A stretch of 64,000 bases of DNA from Cyanidioschyzon merolae (taxonomy: Eukaryota). Position numbers and translations under genes: made by a program. The stretch lies in assembly GCA_000091205.1 (NCBI GenBank), contig AP006501.2; one strand, given 5' to 3'. The notes beneath the pieces were generated by a model, which had not been told where the DNA came from, made no database searches, and worked only from the letters and a program-made list of their open reading frames with translations. Of the stretch, positions 30,901 through 42,382 are shown piece after piece; the first letter of the stretch is position 1, and every line of letters begins with the position of its first letter.

Positions 30901-33063
30901 ATGCCGTCGCAAACTTTAAGGCACTGGAGCGGGCGTGCCGACAGTCCAGAGTTTTTGAGTTTTGTCAGACAATTGGTAGAAGATCAAGGCGAAGTTGAGA
31001 AAACAAGTTTAGATCAGCTCGTAACCGAGATTTCCAAGGTCTTTGTTGGTTTCTCACGTCTGCCTACCCGGGCAAAGTTCCAGGCAGCCGCGAAAGCTCT
31101 TACGCTCGTGCAAAGTGTCGAACAGAACGTGAACACGGAGGTTTATCGTGCCGCAGGTTGCGCTCGCCTACCTTCCAAAGTTGGATCGCGGATCCCTGAT
31201 GGTAACCACTTCGTCACTTCCGTTCAGGAGAGTTCCCGTGAGACGACAGCATCAGTAAAAAGGCACCGACAAGTAGACCCCAACATGCCCCATACGCCGC
31301 CGAGGGCGCCCTTAAGTCGGAGTTCTTTTTTAACTGCCCGCCCGAAACAACGATATGAAGACATCGGAGGTATCGAAAGCATACTGAGTCATATTCGTGA
31401 GCTTGTAGAATGGCCGCTTCGGTACACAGAGCTCTACAAACATCTCGGAGTTGATCCACCTCGAGGTGTGCTGCTTCACGGGCCCCCTGGCTGCGGTAAA
31501 ACTCTCCTTGCCAATGCAATTGCCGGCGAGCTCGGTGTTCCGTTCTTGCGATTGTCGGCGCCAGAACTTATTGCGGGAATCTCGGGAGAATCAGAGCAAC
31601 GTGTCCGTTCCTTATTTGACGAGGCGAAGTCGTTGGCGCCTTCACTTATCTTTATTGATGAAATCGATGCAGTCACATCAAGAAGAGAGACTTCCAGCAG
31701 AGAGATGCAAAATCGTGTTATCGCCCAGCTTCTTTCGTGTTTGGATTCTATATCTTTGCAGGAGACTGGCGACCGGTTGGTGATCGTTATCGGCGCAACA
31801 AACAGAGCTGAAGCACTAGACCCCGCTCTTCGACGCGCAGGACGATTTGACCGAGAAATTGAAATAGGGGCCCCTGATGAGGAAGCACGTGAAAAAATAC
31901 TGCGGAATGTAACCAGGAGAATGCTTCTCTCCGAAGATTTCAACTTCAGAACGATTGCGCGCCGTACCGCCGGATACGTGGGTGCGGACCTCGCAGCACT
32001 GGCCACAGAAGCGGCGTCGACGGCGATAAGACGTATCGGAAATGACCTATTGCCGACTGATACCACAGTGAACGGCGCCGCCTCCGTGGATTTTGCCAAT
32101 ATAAGCATGTTGCGTATAACAATCGATGATTTCCTTGTTGCCATCGGAAAAGTTCAGCCCTCGGCGTTGCGTGAGGGATTCGCCACCGTGCCAGACGTTT
32201 CCTGGGAGGATATAGGAGCTCTGGATGACATCAGAGAGGAGCTCGAGATGGCTGTGATTGAGCCGCTTCGAGAACCGGAAAAGTTCGCGAGGTTCGGAAT
32301 CGGAATCTCTGCTGGTGTGCTTCTGTATGGCCCGCCTGGGTGCGGGAAAACTTTGTTAGCCAAAGCAGTTGCAAATGAAAGCGGCGCCAACTTTATCTCC
32401 GTCAAAGGTCCGGAGCTTCTCGACAAGTACGTCGGTGAGAGTGAGCGCGCCGTCCGTCGACTTTTTCAGCGAGCCCGCTCCAGCGCACCATGCGTGATCT
32501 TTTTCGACGAATTGGATGCACTCGCGCCGCGAAGAGCATTCGGTAGCTTCGGTGCTTCAGCGAGCGCCGATAACGATGCCGGGGGAAGCAACGCTAGTGA
32601 AAGGCTAGTGAACCAGCTACTCACGGAGCTAGACGGCATGAATCCCCGCCGACAAGTTTTCGTCATTGCGGCAACGAATCGGCCGGACTTAATCGACGCG
32701 GCGATGCTCCGACCTGGACGTTTCGACAAACTTCTTTACGTTCCACTGCCAGACGAAACTGGAAGACATGCGATCCTGCAAACTGGCCTTCGGGGAATGC
32801 CCCTGGACTCCCGCGTGGACCTGAGAGCGGTTTCTGGTGCAACGAAAGGATTCTCCGGCGCAGACATTGCTGCACTCATTCGAGAAGCGGCTGTACGTGC
32901 ACTGCGTTCTGAGGCGCCGGCGATCGGCGCTGAGCATTTTCGCAAGGCTCTCGAAAATATATTTCCGTCAGTGAGTCCCGGAGACGCCGCCCGTTACGAT
33001 TCTATGAGGCAAAATTTACGCAGAGCAAGAGGGCACGTGAACGAAAATATTTTCACGATATGA
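30901..33063 (+). CDS. NVL: Double AAA+ ATPase of the CDC48 subfamily, NVL/Rix7-like ribosome-biogenesis ATPase
   Basis: Two Walker A motifs (GPPGCGKTLLANAIAGELGVPF and GPPGCGKTLLAKAVANESGANF). The D1 region AIAGELGVPFLRLSAPELIAGISGESEQRVRSLFDEA and RVIAQLLSCLD closely parallel NVL. Confidence 0.85.
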   Translation: MPSQTLRHWSGRADSPEFLSFVRQLVEDQGEVEKTSLDQLVTEISKVFVGFSRLPTRAKFQAAAKALTLVQSVEQNVNTEVYRAAGCARLPSKVGSRIPDGNHFVTSVQESSRETTASVKRHRQVDPNMPHTPPRAPLSRSSFLTARPKQRYEDIGGIESILSHIRELVEWPLRYTELYKHLGVDPPRGVLLHGPPGCGKTLLANAIAGELGVPFLRLSAPELIAGISGESEQRVRSLFDEAKSLAPSLIFIDEIDAVTSRRETSSREMQNRVIAQLLSCLDSISLQETGDRLVIVIGATNRAEALDPALRRAGRFDREIEIGAPDEEAREKILRNVTRRMLLSEDFNFRTIARRTAGYVGADLAALATEAASTAIRRIGNDLLPTDTTVNGAASVDFANISMLRITIDDFLVAIGKVQPSALREGFATVPDVSWEDIGALDDIREELEMAVIEPLREPEKFARFGIGISAGVLLYGPPGCGKTLLAKAVANESGANFISVKGPELLDKYVGESERAVRRLFQRARSSAPCVIFFDELDALAPRRAFGSFGASASADNDAGGSNASERLVNQLLTELDGMNPRRQVFVIAATNRPDLIDAAMLRPGRFDKLLYVPLPDETGRHAILQTGLRGMPLDSRVDLRAVSGATKGFSGADIAALIREAAVRALRSEAPAIGAEHFRKALENIFPSVSPGDAARYDSMRQNLRRARGHVNENIFTI

Positions 33064-33088
33064 TTTGCTTGAATCTTGATGCCCATCT

Positions 33089-34309
<1,221 letters not shown>

Positions 34310-35054
34310 CTAGACACTTGGACGAACGCTTCGCGGTCCTCGGAGCTCACAACAGAAGCTCACATGTCTGGAGCGCACACTGCCGTCTCAAAATGCAGCC
34401 GCCGTTGTGGCTGCACTGCACAAGCTTCACACCGGGCATTTGCGGCGACTAGAAAACGTAGAGGCTTTGAGGCAGCAAAGGAAAGAACAGAATATGACCG
34501 CTAACTAGCTATTCGCCAACACATTCTTCCCGCCTCTATCGTAAGGTTTTCAAGTGGGAAAAGGTTTTCGTAGTTCAGAAAGCTTACCTTCTATGCGCAC
34601 CGTCCGGCTAGTGCTTCATGCTACCAGTGGCGGGTGCAGTGGCGCGACCTGATCAGCTCGTTTGCAAAGCAATTTCACCTGGGACTAGCAGTGGGTAGGC
34701 AGCGTATCTCCGTCACCGTGGTCTCGGTGGTCTCCTAGCATAACGCCTCGCGCTGCAGAAGGCAGCACGTCTTTCTACCCAGCTTGCTGGCTCCCAGAGT
34801 GACGATGAATCCCTATTCCGTGTCGGGTGAACGACGCCTCGAGCCGACACCCTCAGCGGCATGGCAGAGCCGTTCTGTCTTCGTGCTGCATTCGCGCTAG
34901 TGGTTTAGGCGCTCCGGAGGGTGCGCACGGTAGGATCGGCGCACGAGAGAATGTACGGAAAATTCCAAAGGCGGGCGTTTTCTCGTAGCTATTTAAAAAA
35001 GAGGCGAGAAAAGGAAGCACTTGAAGTGAGCTGTGAAGTTGCATCAAGACTACT

Positions 35055-38000
35055 TCAAGTATATGCATCGAACTTCATAGATCGTGGTTCTAGAGAAATC
35101 TTACCACAAAATGAACCGCTTCGTTTCCTCTTAGTTTTCATTTTGCGAAACGCTTTTCCTTGGTATGCGGAGAGTTCCGCCCAGGTTTTCTGGGCATGCT
35201 GATCTCTCGGGGTGGGATCAATGAGGGTAACATCCGAAGAAAAGAAACGTTCCTCTTGAATCCTCCGGAAAGGTGTGTTAGCCTGGGGGACTCTCTTCGC
35301 TCTGTCGGATTTTGGGGCAGCCTGTGGGTGAGGATTCAGCTTGGAGCTAGAGGCACCAGCCACGTCGCACTGACTTTTGTCACCAGAGCCTTCTACAATG
35401 ATGCTTCCTGCTGAGTCATCTCTGGGGTCGGACAAAATGGTTTGCGTGGATGACTGACTTTTGCGCCCCATCGCAGACACGGGTTTCGTTACCCGAGGCG
35501 CCATATCAGTAGATTGCGCTAGCATTCCTGGATGGGAATCAATTTGTGATGCACTGAAAGCGCTCCCTATTTGTTCGTTTGAACTGCAAGCGCGCAGTCC
35601 ATCAAATGCGATCCCATTTCCACCGTCTTCCATCGCTGCGCGCGGCTTGTATCTAGGATCCGCATCTTTGCTAGAGTGAAGTCTCTCTGGTTTCCTGAAA
35701 CCTGCGCAAACGTTTGACTTTTGAGCTTTCGTATGGCAATTCTCAGTTAAGGAATGCCAGCTTGAACAAGGAGATCCGTGCTCTCTACGCGTTCGTTTGT
35801 CTAAAGGTTTCCCCGTATCTCTTTTCTGATGATTTTGGATCTGATTTGCACAGACTGGCAAGTCTCCTCCGTCTTGCGCATGAAACCGATATTGCTCTTC
35901 TAAAGAATCCCATTTCATCGTTTTGTTCTGGCCGACCATGAGGCTAGAGTTATGCGGTTTCGACGTATTCGAGGGTCCACACTGGACGTCGTCACTTATA
36001 CATGATTCCGTAACAGCAGCCGGAGCTGAATCCGTGCCTATTAGTACTTTTCGCTGGGAAGTACGCTCAGTGCCTTCGGCAGGGTTCTGTGATTGAGCAA
36101 CGTTCCCTTTCCGAGAGCTCGCATCCCTAGAAGCTCTGCCATTCGCGATTTCACTTCCAGCATGGTTTGTCCGAACCCCGCGATTCCGAGGGGCCTTGCC
36201 CTCACCTTCAGGGATGTGTTGCGTTGCATGTCGTCCTAATGGATTCCTTCCATGGAGCTCTCCATGAAAATATTGCGACCCGCTGGACGCAGCATTCCCT
36301 GTTCTCTGTTCCTGCACTTTCCCGGAAGCAAGATCTTCAGCATGGTAGCTGTTCATTTGCATTTTCATCTCACGCGATTCTAATGATGGACTTATTCCAT
36401 CAGTATTACCATTCGCGAGAGATCCATTGATTTCATGATAATGCCTAGATGGCTCGCATGAGCTGCCTCCAGTGGAATGCACTGATATGTTATCATTTCT
36501 GTCACAATGAGATGCTATCAGCTGATGGTCTGAGGTGTTGGGAAGGGAATCCTGGAATCGTTCCTCTATCCTGCCAGGAGCCGTGCGACTTGCTGATATC
36601 TTTCCAGGCGGAACTGGTAAATTCGGCTCGCTGCTGGTTCCAAAGTCACTCATATTCATACGCGCTGAGCATCTACTGCAGCCGCTGCTCGATGACGACT
36701 CAGAAGTCGACTCCGAAGTGGAGGACGCAACACCTGCCGTCCTCGGTGGCACCTTTCGCGCCTCCGTAGCCTCTAGTGAGCTCGATGAGCTCGATGAGCT
36801 CGACGATGTTGCCGTCGACGCTAGCGCACGCTTCGCTGAGGCCCGATGTGGCGGTTGGACGCTCCCAGCGCGCCTTGTGACTCGCTCGCCGTCGCTCGAT
36901 GACGACTCAGAAGTCGACTCCGAAGTGGAGGACGCAACACCTGCCGTCCTCGGTGGCACCTTTCGCGCCTCCGTAGCCTCTAGTGAGCTCGATGAGCTCG
37001 ATGAGCTCGACGATGTTGCCGTCGACGCTAGCGCACGCTTCGCTGAGGCCCGATGTGGCGGTTGGACGCTCCCAGCGCGCCTTGTGACTCGCTCGCCGTC
37101 GCTCGATGACGACTCAGAAGTCGATTCCGAAGTGGAGGACGCAACACCTGCCGTCCTCGGTGGCACCTTCCGCGCTTCCGTAGCCTCTAGTGAGCTCGAT
37201 GAGCTCGATGAGCTCGACGATGTTGCCGTCGACGCTAGCGCACGCTTCGCTGAGGCCCGATGTGGCGGTTGGACGCTCCCAGCGCGTCTTGTGACTCGCT
37301 CGCCGTCGCTCGACGACGACTCAGAAGTCGACTCCGAAGTGGAGGACGCAACACCTGCCGTCCTCGGTGGCACCTTTCGCGCCTCCGTAGCCTCTAGTGA
37401 GCTCGATGAGCTCGATGAGCTCGACGATGTTGCCGTCGACGCTAGCGCACGCTTCGCTGAGGCCCGATGTGGCGGTTGGACGCTCCCAGCGCGCCTTGTG
37501 ACTCGCTCGCCGTCGCTCGATGACGACTCAGAAGTCGACTCCGAAGTGGAGGACGCAACACCTGCCGTCCTCGGTGGCACCTTTCGCGCTTCCGTAGCCT
37601 CTAGTGAGCTCGATGAGCTCGATGAGCTCGACGATGTTGCCGTCGACGCTAGCGCACGCTTCGCTGAGGCCCGATGTGGCGGTTGGACGCTCCCAGCGCG
37701 CCTTGTGACTCGCTCGCCGTCGCTCGATGACGACTCAGAAGTCGACTCCGAAGTGGAGGACGCAACACCTGCCGTCCTCGGTGGCACCTTTCGCGCCTCC
37801 GTAGCCTCTAGTGAGCTCGATGAGCTCGATGAGCTCGACGATGTTGCCGTCGACGCTAGCGCACGCTTCGCTGAGGCCCGATGTGGCGGTTGGACGCTCC
37901 CAGCGCGCCTTGTGACTCGCTCGCCGTCGCTCGATGACGACTCAGAAGTCGATTCCGAAGTGGAGGACGCAACACCTGCCGTCCTCGGTGGCACCTTTCG

Positions 38001-39527
38001 CGCCTCCGTAGCCTCTAGTGAGCTCGATGAGCTCGATGAGCTCGACGATGTTGCCGTCGACGCTAGCGCACGCATCGCTGAGGCCCGATGTGGCGGTTGG
38101 ACGCTCCCAGCGCGCCTTGTGACTCGCTCGCCGTCGCTCGATGACGACTCAGAAGTCGATTCCGAAGTGGAGGACGCAACACCTGCCGTCCTCGGCGGCA
38201 CCTTCCGCGCTTCCGCAGCCTCTAGTGAGCTCGATGAGCTCGATGAGCTCGACGATGTTGCCGTCGACGCTAGCGCACGCTTCGCTGAGGCCCGATGTGG
38301 CGGTTGGACGCTCCCAGCGCGCCTTGTGACTCGCTCGCCGTCGCTCGACGACGACTCAGAGGTCGACTCCGAAGTGGAGGACGCAACACCTGCCGTCCTC
38401 GGTGGCACCTTCCGCGCTTCCGTAGCCTCTAGTGAGCTCGATGAGCTCGACGATGTTGCCGTCGACGCTAGCGCACGCTTCGCTGAGGCCCGATGTGGCG
38501 GTTGGACGCTCCCAGCGCGCCTTGTGACTCGCTCGCTGTCGCTCGATGACGACTCAGAAGTCGACTCCGAAGTGGAGGACGCAACACCTGCCGTCCTCGG
38601 TGGCACCTTCCGCGCTTCCGCAGCCTCTAGTGAGCTCGATGAGCTCGATGAGCTCGACGATGTTGCCGTCGACGCTAGCGCACGCTTCGCTGAGGCCCGA
38701 TGTGGCGGTTGGACGCTCCCAGCGCGCCTTGTGACTCGCTCGCCGTCGCTCGACGACGACTCAGAGGTCGACTCCACCAGGACCACAGATTCAGGAAGCA
38801 ATTTCAGAGAAGATGATGAGAATACATCTGGTTGGGGTCGTTCATTATCTAAGACGCTGCCTTTTTTCCGGGGAAACGCCGACGCGTAGAATCGCGACTC
38901 GGCTGAGCCGACAGCACCGGAGTCTGCTCTCGCGCGCCTCTCACGCTCTTGTGGAGCTGACTCGTTTTTTGAGATCGCCACTGCTTCCGAGACAGCGCCC
39001 GGCCCACCAGAATCTGGAATAGACTGAGCAGGGGCCCTTACTGAAACCTTTTCACTTCGCCTTCGACCGGTTAGGGCCGCACCTGCGGCTGACAAACTCA
39101 ATACAGGAGACACGCTCCATTTCGCATCTGTTTCAGAGGCCCATTTGTATGTCCGAGCGTCGATCCCACTTTCTTCCAGTAATCTTGCGTCTAACTCTTC
39201 TATTGCAAAGCTCAAGCGCTTTGATCTCTGTATCGAAAGTCCAGCAGTATGCGAACTGCTCGAGTCGCTTGAGTTGTCTGCAATTTCAGAGCTTGATTCG
39301 GCTCTATGAATAGTCGCATCACATTCGCAGCGTGCACGCTTCTTTGCAAGCTTTTCCGCTGATTCATGCGCCAAAGATTCAGCTGTCCGTTTTAAACCTA
39401 CACTGTGAAGAAACTGAAACAGCGCACCGAGAAGGCCACTGTTTCGCAAACGACCTCCATGCAGTCGGGAATCGCCAGCTTCCTCTTCTGATAGGTGCTT
39501 GTCCCCTTGAGAACATTTTGATTCCAT
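35055..39527 (-). CDS. LisH-domain protein with a long Ser-rich region containing ~10 tandem 69-aa repeats
   Basis: N-terminal LisH-like motif LLGALFQFLHSVGLKRTAESLAHES. Repeats read ...ESTSESSSSDGERVTRRAGSVQPPHRASAKRALASTATSSSSSSSSSSLEATEARKVPPRTAGVASSTS. Unique flanks of >500 aa support this strand as coding. Confidence 0.75.
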   Translation of the reverse strand: MESKCSQGDKHLSEEEAGDSRLHGGRLRNSGLLGALFQFLHSVGLKRTAESLAHESAEKLAKKRARCECDATIHRAESSSEIADNSSDSSSSHTAGLSIQRSKRLSFAIEELDARLLEESGIDARTYKWASETDAKWSVSPVLSLSAAGAALTGRRRSEKVSVRAPAQSIPDSGGPGAVSEAVAISKNESAPQERERRARADSGAVGSAESRFYASAFPRKKGSVLDNERPQPDVFSSSSLKLLPESVVLVESTSESSSSDGERVTRRAGSVQPPHRASAKRALASTATSSSSSSSSSSLEAAEARKVPPRTAGVASSTSESTSESSSSDSERVTRRAGSVQPPHRASAKRALASTATSSSSSSSLEATEARKVPPRTAGVASSTSESTSESSSSDGERVTRRAGSVQPPHRASAKRALASTATSSSSSSSSSSLEAAEARKVPPRTAGVASSTSESTSESSSSDGERVTRRAGSVQPPHRASAMRALASTATSSSSSSSSSSLEATEARKVPPRTAGVASSTSESTSESSSSDGERVTRRAGSVQPPHRASAKRALASTATSSSSSSSSSSLEATEARKVPPRTAGVASSTSESTSESSSSDGERVTRRAGSVQPPHRASAKRALASTATSSSSSSSSSSLEATEARKVPPRTAGVASSTSESTSESSSSDGERVTRRAGSVQPPHRASAKRALASTATSSSSSSSSSSLEATEARKVPPRTAGVASSTSESTSESSSSDGERVTRRAGSVQPPHRASAKRALASTATSSSSSSSSSSLEATEARKVPPRTAGVASSTSESTSESSSSDGERVTRRAGSVQPPHRASAKRALASTATSSSSSSSSSSLEATEARKVPPRTAGVASSTSESTSESSSSDGERVTRRAGSVQPPHRASAKRALASTATSSSSSSSSSSLEATEARKVPPRTAGVASSTSESTSESSSSSGCSRCSARMNMSDFGTSSEPNLPVPPGKISASRTAPGRIEERFQDSLPNTSDHQLIASHCDRNDNISVHSTGGSSCEPSRHYHEINGSLANGNTDGISPSLESREMKMQMNSYHAEDLASGKVQEQRTGNAASSGSQYFHGELHGRNPLGRHATQHIPEGEGKAPRNRGVRTNHAGSEIANGRASRDASSRKGNVAQSQNPAEGTERTSQRKVLIGTDSAPAAVTESCISDDVQCGPSNTSKPHNSSLMVGQNKTMKWDSLEEQYRFHAQDGGDLPVCANQIQNHQKRDTGKPLDKRTRREHGSPCSSWHSLTENCHTKAQKSNVCAGFRKPERLHSSKDADPRYKPRAAMEDGGNGIAFDGLRACSSNEQIGSAFSASQIDSHPGMLAQSTDMAPRVTKPVSAMGRKSQSSTQTILSDPRDDSAGSIIVEGSGDKSQCDVAGASSSKLNPHPQAAPKSDRAKRVPQANTPFRRIQEERFFSSDVTLIDPTPRDQHAQKTWAELSAYQGKAFRKMKTKRKRSGSFCGKISLEPRSMKFDAYT
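36687..38775. repeat. Tandem minisatellite, 207-bp unit x ~10 (one 198-bp variant), inside the LisH protein gene
   Basis: Unit starts at 36687, 36894, 37101, 37308, 37515 and so on, with >95% identity. 207 = 3 x 69, so both strands stay open. Confidence 0.95.
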
Positions 39528-40393
39528 GACTTTCGGAACTATGATATCTCAAAAGGACGAGTATGTGCACGAAGTGCCTTCTGAACAGGTTTATGTACCT
39601 CCTAGGGTGACGTCGACTTGGTATGCACCGTCTACCAACGGCGATGTCGACGCCGACGTCTCCCGGCGACGCCGTCGCATGCTACCGGCGATCATCGGCG
39701 TGGGGCATATTGTTGCAAGACGTGAAGATCGGATGTTCAGCTAGAGCGCCTCTCCTGGAACATGCTCTAGAGGCAAAAGTAGCATTGCACTGCATCCGCC
39801 ACATACGACGTCGTCTATCGGGACGTGATTGGGTGTGGAGGAATACGCATGCGCTTTTCGACTGTAGTCTAAGGTTCGGCGTCTTGTACGAAGCATCCTG
39901 TCTTTCTGCTGACTGCGGGCAGTGAAAGGTAGTCAACGAAATAGAGCTGCAGATCAGGCAAGCACTGGTCAGTTGTTCGTTCGTTCAAGCCTCTATACCC
40001 GTGCCAGACGAAACAGGAACACACTGATCCTCGTTCTGTTACCGTACGTCGATATTTTCCAAACCTTTGTCTAGAGTTACAGTGTAGATATGTGAAGTGG
40101 ATCACCACTGACTTACAGATTCGTACGTATGTAAAGGATTCTCCGTCGCAATTTCGGTCTGGCTCCTTCGACTCCCTTCGGCCGGTACTTTTCCAGTCTA
40201 GGGATTCAAGATGATTCGCAACGCAATCGAACGAAGGCTGCTAGAGTAACAGATATCAGCATCCAACCCATGCGTACAGGCCTGTAAGCTTTTCTTTTGC
40301 AAACGTGTAGCGTGCAGGAATCACGCACCCTTCGTATGTTCGATCTGTCCGTTCCGAGGCGATTCTTGGGCGCGACAAGTTGCGTCGCTGTAT

Positions 40394-41056
40394 TCACGAC
40401 GACGAGAACTCGGCTTTAAGCCCTGACGACCTGCTCGCATACTCACTCCGCAGGTGTACTGAACGGATAAGGTCGAATAATCGAGTATGGTCGAAAGACA
40501 TAATCTCCTCTTTTTTCGCCATCGAAGAAAAAGCATTCGACAGCATCAGCACGATACCTCTCAGGGAGTATGCTCCCAGATGCATGCGTCTCTTCTGTTT
40601 GCTTGGAAAAGTGTCTTGGGATAGGACTTCAGTCATCGCAGCAACAGCTGCCAGAGAAGGGTGCGTCACCGCTTGGGGCAAAGCGATTGCAGACGCAGCG
40701 GTGCAGTCGACTTGCTCCCCAGTCGGGATTTTCCTTCCGGTACCTGTTTTATCGAATGGAATGACGCATTCCAAACAAGCCCCAACTGGAAGGTGCGGAG
40801 TGCGTACGCGTATGCAACGGACAGTGTTCTCGACTAGGGGATCGCCCAGGAGAAGCCCCTGATCGTAAGGCACAGCAACGATGACGAAAACGGATGCAAA
40901 CATCGCGGGGAGCGTATTTCTACAGATTAGCGGCATCTTCGGAGCTGCGAAGCTAGCCTCCATGCGCCAGAGAGCGGCCTTTGTAAGAGACGATGTTGCA
41001 GGCACGTGAGAACGCCTCAGGGCAGCCAAGCGTTGGCGCCGCTGCGCGGGCTTCAC
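40394..41056 (-). CDS. Hypothetical protein; it overlaps a plus-strand ORF (40380-40862), so either could be the real gene
   Basis: 220-aa ORF with an internal hydrophobic segment; no recognisable motif. Confidence 0.25.
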   Translation of the reverse strand: MKPAQRRQRLAALRRSHVPATSSLTKAALWRMEASFAAPKMPLICRNTLPAMFASVFVIVAVPYDQGLLLGDPLVENTVRCIRVRTPHLPVGACLECVIPFDKTGTGRKIPTGEQVDCTAASAIALPQAVTHPSLAAVAAMTEVLSQDTFPSKQKRRMHLGAYSLRGIVLMLSNAFSSMAKKEEIMSFDHTRLFDLIRSVHLRSEYASRSSGLKAEFSSS

Positions 41057-42382
41057 CGAGGCTCTCCACTACGGAGGTGCAAGCGGCGAGCGAAGCGCAG
41101 CTCGCAACTCGCGCCTGTCCGTGGTATGCGTGGACATTTACCGGAAGGCGCGAGCTCGGGACATTAGCGTTGCCATCAAATCCTTCGGCGCTCACACCCG
41201 AGCTGGATGGACCGGTGAAACTGGCGCACCTCAGACCGGAAATAAGAGAGAAAAAAGGGGTAGGCGCGGAAAAATCCCACAAATGCTTGTATTGTTAACA
41301 GTTGGATGATTTTCAAACTTTGTACTGCATGCTCGAGTCAGGTTTGCGGACCCGTTCCGTTTGACTCTAAGATGCGCGCGGACTCGGCGGCGGACGCGAA
41401 ATGGTATACATCTTGAGAGCTTGAACAGAAACAATTAGATTCTTAACTTCCTGAGCGTCAAAATTTCCATTCGGGGCGGAATGATACCTCCCGCAGGAAC
41501 GGCTGCTCGAACCTTCCGCTTTTTCGATTGCGGGTTCCCGGTCCCGCACTAGCGTTTCCCGTACTATCTTTTGACTAAGGAAACGCTGCTTGTGGTTCTG
41601 GTGCATGCTCCGCGATGGCTTACTGGGGTTCGCTTTTGGCCCACTGGTTGATGAATTCCCGAACCGAAATGTATTCTATCTAACACATGCTATACGTTAG
41701 AATTGCTGTAGCTGTCCCTAAATGCCTTCTTGCCATGCAATGATGATCAAATTCCTGCGGTAGTCTGGTAAAATCTGCACATGGCCAGTTCGTAAGAACA
41801 TGGTCTTTTGGTCTTCTCACTTGATCAAGACAGCAAAGTCACGTAGGCTTGTGAAAAGCAATCATACGTAAGCGCCTTGATCCATGAATAGGTGACGAAA
41901 ATCTCTCGTTTACAATGAAATGTCGAAAAATCCGGAAGAGATGATGATGTTGTGACGCACAGCTCTGCTATAATTTTGAGAAGCCTCATCTTATGATCAG
42001 CCGATTAACGGTTACACGCTGTTTTGCCGTCCCCTGGACTACGTGCGACTGCCTTGCGCTTATTCGGATTCTTGTTAGTTCAGTGTCATTTATTCTTGGC
42101 GATGGAGGCTAGCGTGGGGTCCAAAGTACCTCCGAAAGAACACTCTGGCTTGACGTGCCTATTACGCGCTCTTCTGAAGCTTGAGTACACCAGCGCTAAC
42201 TTTTCCCTTGTATGCAATCCAGCACGATCGTTGCTGCACAGGAAAGGATCGAATTCGACGACGCGCAGTTCTCATTAGCAATTCGAAGGACTGTGCGGTT
42301 GGGATTTGTCCTGCGATCCGCATATCTATTTCAGGGGCATCTCGCCTGATGCAACACCAAAAGAGCAGCACCTGCTGCTGTG

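Noticed and set aside
31476-32945. Several minus-strand ORFs (up to 222 aa) inside the AAA ATPase gene
   Set aside because: Antisense to the conserved Walker A/B-containing NVL-like ORF.
36687-38775. The regularly spaced repeat array considered as a possible CRISPR
   Set aside because: The units are contiguous 207-bp protein-coding repeats with no unique spacers, and the context is eukaryotic.
36535-38889. 784-aa plus-strand ORF (DDDSEVDSEVEDATPAVLGG... repeats) antisense to the LisH repeat gene
   Set aside because: It is open only because the 207-bp unit is a multiple of 3. It lacks unique flanking coding sequence, whereas the minus-strand ORF extends more than 500 aa on both sides and starts with a LisH motif.
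41731-41790. C/D-box snoRNA-like segment (terminal stem GCCATG/CATGGC with AUGAUGA box C)
   Set aside because: There is no canonical CUGA box D next to the 3' stem, and at ~55 nt it is too short. A second UGAUGA at 41925 is also unpaired.
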